Source of the DNA: a virus
Reading direction: 5' to 3' (one strand)
Length of the DNA stretch: 64,000 nucleotides
IMG/VR virus record: IMGVR_UViG_3300045970_000591
Location: 32,001-96,000 of that record
The translations under genes were made by a program, and so were the position numbers. The notes below the pieces were generated by a model. It was given only the letters and a program-made list of their open reading frames with translations. It had not been told where the DNA came from and did not search any database. Positions 58,135-64,000 of the stretch are shown one piece after another; positions within the stretch are counted from its first letter, which is position 1, and the number at the start of each line of letters is the position of its first letter.

Positions 58135-59093
58135 TTCTATGCAGCATATCTACAAAAGGTAGGTATCACACTACCTTACCATTAGCAATAATGGCAGTGA
58201 TAAATCAAACGAAAAAAGTTGATAAACTTGTTATATTTGACGATAATGATACGCCTGAAGATATGAGGCAGGTTCAAATATATCAGTATATGTTTGAGAT
58301 GATGAATCTTAAAGGTATTGCGTGGGAATGGGCATATGCATTAAAGAAAGGGCAACACTATAATCACCAAAAAGCAAACGAAATGGGGGTTGAATGGTGT
58401 TGGAGGGTAGATGACGATTGTGTGCCGGAGCCTAATGTATTAGAAACACTCTATTCCTATGTAAATAGTTCTGTAGGTGCAGTTGGTGGCGCAATACTAA
58501 CACCACCATATGCGCCTGTCGGTAATGCTACAGGTATGATGGAACACATAGATAAAGAACAAAGCATTCAGTGGAACCCTATAAAGGTAGCAAAAGAAGT
58601 TGATCATTTGCACTGCTCATTTTTGTATCGCGCAGGAATACAGGATTACAACTTAGCATTATCAAAAGTGGCATTTAGGGAAGAAACTTTATTCACTTAT
58701 GGATTAAAGAAGAAAGGATATGGCATTCTTGTTGTACCTAATGCAACAACATGGCATGTAAAGAATAAGTTTGGTGGCGTGCGTACCGAACAGGAATCTA
58801 TGTTTGCACACGACGATATGATTTTTAGAAATATTATGTCGTTTGATAAACAAACTATTGTTGTATTAGACAACGGAATGGGTGATCATATAATAGCTAA
58901 GAAAATATTACCATTATTAAAAGATCCTGTTGTATTTTCTTGCTACCCCGATATTGTGCCCGGTAGAAGTATTCAAGAAGCTAAAGACTTGTTTGGCGAT
59001 ATCGATCAGTGGAATATATACAAGAAAATGGATCAATGGAACTGGAAAGGTGAAGTTTTAGATGCATTTAAGAAAATGTATGGAGTAATATGA
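58131..59093 (+). CDS. GT2-like glycosyltransferase with a C-terminal GT9-like N-lobe fragment
   Basis: IFDD, RVDDD (DxD), FREET; C-terminal VLDNGMGDHII. Start ATG 58131 (ATGA overlap). Confidence 0.7.
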   Translation: MILCSISTKGRYHTTLPLAIMAVINQTKKVDKLVIFDDNDTPEDMRQVQIYQYMFEMMNLKGIAWEWAYALKKGQHYNHQKANEMGVEWCWRVDDDCVPEPNVLETLYSYVNSSVGAVGGAILTPPYAPVGNATGMMEHIDKEQSIQWNPIKVAKEVDHLHCSFLYRAGIQDYNLALSKVAFREETLFTYGLKKKGYGILVVPNATTWHVKNKFGGVRTEQESMFAHDDMIFRNIMSFDKQTIVVLDNGMGDHIIAKKILPLLKDPVVFSCYPDIVPGRSIQEAKDLFGDIDQWNIYKKMDQWNWKGEVLDAFKKMYGVI

Positions 59094-59524
59094 TTTTAAT
59101 ATTTCCTTATGCTAAACAGCTATTAAACGGGCAAGAAAACCCTAAGAACTATCCAATACAATGCTGGAAAGAACTATTAGCAATGATAGATGAGCCTGTT
59201 GTGCAGGTGGGTGTCGATGGTGAGGTGCAACTTGTGCCCGATTTTAGAAAAAACCTGTCTATGGCAGACTTAGCAAAGTTAGTTAAAGAATGCCGGACGT
59301 GGATATCTGTAGATTCCTTTGCACAGCACTTTTGTTGGGATTTAGATAAGCAGGGTATTGTTATTTTCAGCCAATCTGATCCAAACATATTTGGCCACAA
59401 AGAAAATAAAAACTTATTAAAAGATAGGAAGTATCTTAGACCAAATCAGTTTTGGCTCTGGACACAAACTGTATATGATATAAACGCATATGTTTCACCT
59501 TTAGAGATATACCAAGAACTATAG
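59090..59524 (+). CDS. GT9 (ADP-heptose transferase-like) C-terminal lobe, standalone
   Basis: KNYP...W.EL...VQVG...DFR..LS...LA..V..C...ISVDSF..H. Own GGAG SD. Confidence 0.7.
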   Translation: MILIFPYAKQLLNGQENPKNYPIQCWKELLAMIDEPVVQVGVDGEVQLVPDFRKNLSMADLAKLVKECRTWISVDSFAQHFCWDLDKQGIVIFSQSDPNIFGHKENKNLLKDRKYLRPNQFWLWTQTVYDINAYVSPLEIYQEL

Positions 59525-59558
59525 GTAAATACTTATTGACGAGTTCATAGGAGCGAAG

Positions 59559-61619
59559 ATGTCAATAAAAGTAAGCGGCAACACCATTTTGCCAGATTCT
59601 AATGGTAATGTAAGAGGTGAAGTTGCGATAGGGGTCGGCGTAGGATTGGCCACTAGTACAGGTACCAACAATCTTGCTATTGGTGTTGGTGCTTTGTGTA
59701 AGAATACCACCGGCATTAATAACTTCGCCCAAGGATACAAGGCGCTCGCCGCTAACACCACCGGCAATAATAACACCGCAATAGGATGCCTGGCGCTCAC
59801 CAATAACACCACCGGCTGCAATAACTTCGCCGTAGGATACGCGGCGCTACGCAACAACACCGGCGGTGTTAATAACACCGCAATAGGGTGCTGGGCGCTC
59901 TACTGCAACACCACTGGAAACAATAACACCGCGATAGGATGCCAAGCGCTCAAGAGCAATGCCAGAGGCAATAATAATTTCGCCCAAGGATACAATGCGC
60001 TCTACGCCAACACCACCGGCAGCAATAACTTCGCTCAAGGATACTGGGCGCTCTGGGGCAACACCACAGGCAGTAATAACTTCGCCTCAGGAGCCTATGC
60101 GCTATGTGTCAACACCGGCGGCGATAATAATACAGCTCAAGGTTATAAGGCGCTTTACAGCAATACCACAGGCGCTAATAATATCGCTATTGGTTGCTGT
60201 GCTCTTTATGCGTCAAATTCAACTGGTTCTAATATAGCAATAGGTGCATCGGCTGGATCGGCTCTAGCTACGGGTGTCAATAACACGATCATCGGAACGC
60301 TGCCTGCGGCCGCCGGGTGCGTATGTACGCTCCTCCTTGGTGCTGGTGCCTGTGAGCGGATAAGAGTAGATAATGGTGGTTTATATGTAAATAATGCCGG
60401 CCCTTATCCTACATCAGCCAATCCTTCGTTGACTGCTACCTACAACAACCTGGCTATTGGTACAGGTGCACTGGCGTCTAATACAACGGGTGCAAATAAC
60501 GTCGCAATTGGTATAGGCGCGTTGTGTAAAAATATTTATGGGAGTCACAACTTCGCCCAGGGATACAAGGCGCTCCAGAAAAATACCACCGGCTGTAACA
60601 ACTTCGCCCAAGGAAGCCAGGCGCTCACCGCTAACACCACCGGCTGTCATAACTTCGCCTCGGGCAACACGGCGCTCTTCAACAACACCACCGGCAGTAA
60701 TAACGTAGCAATAGGGTACAATGCGCTCAAAAATAACGCCGCCGGCAAGAATAACTTCGCCTCGGGATACGTGGCGCTCTACAACAACACCGGCGGCTGT
60801 AATAACTTCGCCCAAGGATACTTTGCACTCTACAATAACACCACCGGATGTAATAACTTCGCCCAGGGATACCGGGCGCTCTACGGCAACACCACCGGAT
60901 GTGATAACTTCGCCTCGGGATACGTGGCGCTCTTGTGCAACACCTACGGCTGTAACAATTTCGCCTCAGGCTGCATGGCGCTCTACAGAAACACCACCGG
61001 CAGTAATAACTTCGCCCAAGGATACCGGGCCCTCTTCGGCAACACCACCGGCAATAATAACACCGCAATAGGATGCTGGGCACTCTACGGCAACACCTAC
61101 GGCTGTAATAATATTGCTATTGGTCAATGTGCTGGATACGGAGTTAATGGTGGATCAAATAATATCCTTTTAGGTTGTAATGCTCAGCCGTTAGCCGCAG
61201 GCGACTCTAACACTATTACATTAGGTGACGCCAATATTACAGCTATACGCGCTCAAGTAACGTCTATTACTGCGTTATCTGATGCCCGTGATAAGAAAGA
61301 TATTGTTGATATTCCACTTGGACTTGACTTCATTAATCAAATCCGGCCAGTGAAGTTCACATGGAATATGCGAGATGGAAGCAAGGTAGGCCAAGGCTAC
61401 GCTGGCTTCATTGCCCAGGAACTCAAACAAGTAATGGATTATCATCAAGTCAAAGATTGGCTTGAACTTGTTATTAGTAATGAAGACGAGTCGCGTTATG
61501 AAGCCGCACCGGGCAAACTATTACCTATCATTGTCAAAGCAATCCAAGATTTGTCTAAAGCAAACGACTCATTAAAGGCTCGTGTAGCAGTGTTAGAAGA
61601 CATAAATAGAAGCACTTAA
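59559..61619 (+). CDS. Fibre/adhesin with regular 17-aa repeats and peptidase S74 chaperone
   Basis: Twenty regular 51-nt units; chaperone near-identical to those of the 38538 and 52846 genes. TAAATA at 59526-59531. Confidence 0.82.
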   Translation: MSIKVSGNTILPDSNGNVRGEVAIGVGVGLATSTGTNNLAIGVGALCKNTTGINNFAQGYKALAANTTGNNNTAIGCLALTNNTTGCNNFAVGYAALRNNTGGVNNTAIGCWALYCNTTGNNNTAIGCQALKSNARGNNNFAQGYNALYANTTGSNNFAQGYWALWGNTTGSNNFASGAYALCVNTGGDNNTAQGYKALYSNTTGANNIAIGCCALYASNSTGSNIAIGASAGSALATGVNNTIIGTLPAAAGCVCTLLLGAGACERIRVDNGGLYVNNAGPYPTSANPSLTATYNNLAIGTGALASNTTGANNVAIGIGALCKNIYGSHNFAQGYKALQKNTTGCNNFAQGSQALTANTTGCHNFASGNTALFNNTTGSNNVAIGYNALKNNAAGKNNFASGYVALYNNTGGCNNFAQGYFALYNNTTGCNNFAQGYRALYGNTTGCDNFASGYVALLCNTYGCNNFASGCMALYRNTTGSNNFAQGYRALFGNTTGNNNTAIGCWALYGNTYGCNNIAIGQCAGYGVNGGSNNILLGCNAQPLAAGDSNTITLGDANITAIRAQVTSITALSDARDKKDIVDIPLGLDFINQIRPVKFTWNMRDGSKVGQGYAGFIAQELKQVMDYHQVKDWLELVISNEDESRYEAAPGKLLPIIVKAIQDLSKANDSLKARVAVLEDINRST
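59718..60176 (+). repeat. Nine tandem 51-nt coding repeats
   Basis: Consensus AAT AAC TTC GCC CAA GGA TAC NNG GCG CTC NNN NNY AAC ACC ACC GGC NNY. Confidence 0.92.
60546..61106 (+). repeat. Eleven tandem 51-nt coding repeats
   Basis: Same consensus as 59718-60176; 561 nt = 11 x 51. Confidence 0.92.
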
Positions 61620-61629
61620 CACTTCTTAT

Positions 61630-62523
61630 ATGCAACCACGGGGCGGGACAGAGTTACTTTACAGTAACTTATTAAAATATTGCGGAACAGATTGGCAGAA
61701 AGATAAAAACCTTATTTTATCTTTCTGTAATCCTACCTTAATACATCCGACTAAAACTAATATAGTGTGGCAGCATCTTATGCACGATCAGGGTGCTATA
61801 GCAGGGATGTATCAACCAGAGTTTATAGATAGTGTTGATAAGTTTGTATATGTTAGCAACTGGCAGTTAGGCCAGTTTAGGAATAAGTTTAACATTGCTA
61901 ATGCAAATAACATAGTAATAAAGAATGCGATAGATCCTATCTCCTACAAGGAAAAGCCAAAGGGAAAACTAAGACTCATTTACACATCAATGCCAAATCG
62001 CGGATTAGATATTTTATTAGATGCATTTGCACTGGTAGATAGAGATGTTGAACTTAGCATTTACTCATCAAATATAATATATGGTAAAAGTTATAGTGAT
62101 GCGGTAGGTAATAGAGATAGCCTATTATTTGCTCGTGCGCGTTCTATGAAAAATGTGTTATACAAGGGGTTTGTATTGAATAAAGTTGTTAGATCGGCAT
62201 TGCAAGATGCACACATATTAGCATATCCAAGCACATATAAGGAAACAAGTTGTATAGCTGCTATAGAGGCAGGTGCGGCAGGATGCAGGATTGTAACAAC
62301 AGATTTAGGCGCATTACCAGAAACTTGCAACCAATACGCACATTATGTTAAACATACAGTAGATAGGCAAACCTTGGTAGAAAACTACGCTACGGCACTC
62401 ATTGAAAACATTGACAACTATTATGAAAACAGCTATACTTTAGAAAATCAATCAGCCTGGTTCAACAAACAGTATTCCTGGGAAAATCGTAGTAAAGAAT
62501 GGACTCAGTTTCTAAATGCATAA
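61630..62523 (+). CDS. GT-B (GT4-like) glycosyltransferase
   Basis: N-terminal GGTE; YTSMPNRGLD.LL; YPS.Y.ETSCI.AIEA (E-x7-E). Confidence 0.82.
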   Translation: MQPRGGTELLYSNLLKYCGTDWQKDKNLILSFCNPTLIHPTKTNIVWQHLMHDQGAIAGMYQPEFIDSVDKFVYVSNWQLGQFRNKFNIANANNIVIKNAIDPISYKEKPKGKLRLIYTSMPNRGLDILLDAFALVDRDVELSIYSSNIIYGKSYSDAVGNRDSLLFARARSMKNVLYKGFVLNKVVRSALQDAHILAYPSTYKETSCIAAIEAGAAGCRIVTTDLGALPETCNQYAHYVKHTVDRQTLVENYATALIENIDNYYENSYTLENQSAWFNKQYSWENRSKEWTQFLNA

Positions 62524-63160
62524 AATAAGTTATCACTCTATACAGCACAGAATGGATTATGTGTTGCACAAAATAAATACTGCTCGACAACTAAATCCAG
62601 ACTACAGAGTAATAGACATAGGTGGAACAGCAGGAACAGGATGGTCAGCAGGCGTCGCTAATACGATTATAGATATAAATGCAGAAGATACAGAAACTTC
62701 TATGAAGATAGATATATGTAATCCGTTAGACTGGGAACGGGTTAAGTGTATGATAGATGTGTTTGGACTGTATGATTATGCCATTTGCACTCACACCCTC
62801 GAAGACATATATAATCCTATAGTGACATTAAAGATGCTTCCTTTTATCGCAAAGGAAGGTATAATAACAATGCCGAGCCTGCGAACAGAACTAAGCAATG
62901 TTGAAAGTTCTTTCTGGTTAGGGTATATACATCATAGATGGATGTTTGACCAAGTTAACGGGGTGATGCTTATTATACCTAAGATAGGTATGTTAGAATC
63001 TTTAGCAGCAAATAAAATACAATATAAGCAAGATGTTGAGGAAATATGGTTTGAATGGAAATGGTCTCCCGGATATAAACTGTTTATGGATAACTATCTC
63101 GGCCCTGATTCTAAAACAGTAGTAAGAGAATATAGCAAACTAATAGATGGTATAATATGA
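62516..63160 (+). CDS. SAM-dependent methyltransferase-like protein
   Basis: VIDIGG motif I-like; DYAICTHTLEDI. Confidence 0.65.
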   Translation: MHKISYHSIQHRMDYVLHKINTARQLNPDYRVIDIGGTAGTGWSAGVANTIIDINAEDTETSMKIDICNPLDWERVKCMIDVFGLYDYAICTHTLEDIYNPIVTLKMLPFIAKEGIITMPSLRTELSNVESSFWLGYIHHRWMFDQVNGVMLIIPKIGMLESLAANKIQYKQDVEEIWFEWKWSPGYKLFMDNYLGPDSKTVVREYSKLIDGII

Positions 63161-63840
63161 GAAAAGTTTTAATAGGTTCCCCTTCATATAACGGTCAGCT
63201 TGATGTTTGGTATGTGAATAGCTTGTGCAACACAATAAAAATGAGTAAAGAGCACGATGTAGAAATCATACCTATGTGGGTATCATTTGACGCATTGTTG
63301 CAACGAGCAAGAAACGATACTATTCAACTTGCATTAGAAACGGGGTGTGATGATATTATTTTTATTGACACAGATATAGAATGGCAACCCGAATGGTTTT
63401 TTAAGTTATTGGAGTATGATGTTGATGTTGTTGGTGGAACATATCCTAAGAAGGGCGATAAGGAAGAATATGTTATTAGGCAACTACAAAGAAAACCTGC
63501 CAATGCGGATGGGTTAATAGAAGTAGATGGATTAGGAACCGGGTTTGTTAGACTGTCTAACAAAGCTATGCAATATCTATGGGACACAAGTGCAAAATAC
63601 ATAGATCCAAAAGATAATAAAGAACGCAGGATGATTTTCGATGTTGTTGTGCAAAACGAAAGTTTAGTAAGCGAAGATATTCATATGTTTAATAAACTTG
63701 CAGCAGGCGGATTTAAAGTATATTTAGATCCTACAATGACTTGCAATCACACCGGACCAAAGAAGTTTACTGGTAGCTTTGAGAACTGGTATAACAAATC
63801 ACCTATTAAAAATATTATAAAACCTACCAGACAACTATGA
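63157..63840 (+). CDS. GT2-like glycosyltransferase
   Basis: ARN...FIDTD (DxD), VVGG.YP.K, G.GTGF, SED..F. Confidence 0.78.
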   Translation: MRKVLIGSPSYNGQLDVWYVNSLCNTIKMSKEHDVEIIPMWVSFDALLQRARNDTIQLALETGCDDIIFIDTDIEWQPEWFFKLLEYDVDVVGGTYPKKGDKEEYVIRQLQRKPANADGLIEVDGLGTGFVRLSNKAMQYLWDTSAKYIDPKDNKERRMIFDVVVQNESLVSEDIHMFNKLAAGGFKVYLDPTMTCNHTGPKKFTGSFENWYNKSPIKNIIKPTRQL

Positions 63841-64000
63841 TAATACCTATTATTAGCGAAGATAGATCTTGTAACGGATGCACCGCTTGTTGCGATGGAT
63901 GGGCAACCGGGATAGCTCATGGGCATAAGTTTTATCCGGGTAGAAAATGTCATTATGTATCTACAACAGGTTGCACCATATATGATCAGCGTCCTAAAGA
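63837..64000 (+). CDS. YkgJ-type cysteine-cluster protein (truncated by window end; not in ORF track)
   Basis: MIIPIISEDRSCNGCTACCDGWATGIAHGHKFYPGRKCHYVSTTGCTIYDQRPK: CxxCxxCC...C...GCxIYxxRP. Confidence 0.7.
   Translation, partial: MIIPIISEDRSCNGCTACCDGWATGIAHGHKFYPGRKCHYVSTTGCTIYDQRPK

Noticed and set aside
59718-61106. Regular 51-nt repeats with variable parts, superficially CRISPR-like
   Set aside because: They are in-frame coding repeats with variation at fixed codons. There are no unique spacers, leader or cas genes.
1-64000. Stop-codon reassignment, as in some jumbo phages
   Set aside because: Core genes are full length in code 11, and TAA, TGA and TAG all end genes at sensible positions (TAG at 17822, 26278, 34868, 59524).
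1-64000. tRNA genes, integrase, transposase, reverse transcriptase
   Set aside because: None recognised. Intergenic gaps other than 17.07-17.82 kb are short, and I saw no GTTCRA T-loop cloverleaf. tRNAscan-SE would confirm.

Overview
A 64-kb, AT-rich segment of a T4-like jumbo myophage. Gene order and protein types resemble the RaK2/GAP32-type jumbo phages; this is my recognition, not a database result. The left half (1-30 kb) is core morphogenesis and replication: baseplate (gp6, gp25, gp5 spike-lysozyme, hub, gp53, tube initiator), late sigma factor, gp47/gp46, a Dam-type methylase followed by two putative nucleases, a Holliday junction resolvase, a GH108 lysin, gp26-like chaperone, tape measure, portal, prohead core, protease, scaffold and major capsid protein. 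The right half (30-64 kb) is a virion-surface island. It holds about ten fibre or adhesin genes, with Gly-X-Ser (SGYSGFSG) repeats, 17-aa Asn/Cys repeats, intramolecular chaperones and LamG domains. These are interleaved with a sulfotransferase, an APS-kinase/nucleotidyltransferase fusion, several GT2/GT4/GT9-like glycosyltransferases and methyltransferases, plus the neck genes gp14/gp15. Top leads: (1) a ~660-nt ORF-free interval at 17.15-17.81 kb with a late promoter and nested long-range helices, a candidate large structured ncRNA; (2) a possible phage-encoded system that glycosylates and sulfates Ser-rich collagen-like fibres; (3) a canonical -1 slippery site joining the gp26-like gene to an unannotated gp51-like frame; (4) fibre repeats with site-specific codon hypervariability. 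No tRNA, CRISPR array, integrase or reverse transcriptase was seen. All family assignments come from motifs read by eye.
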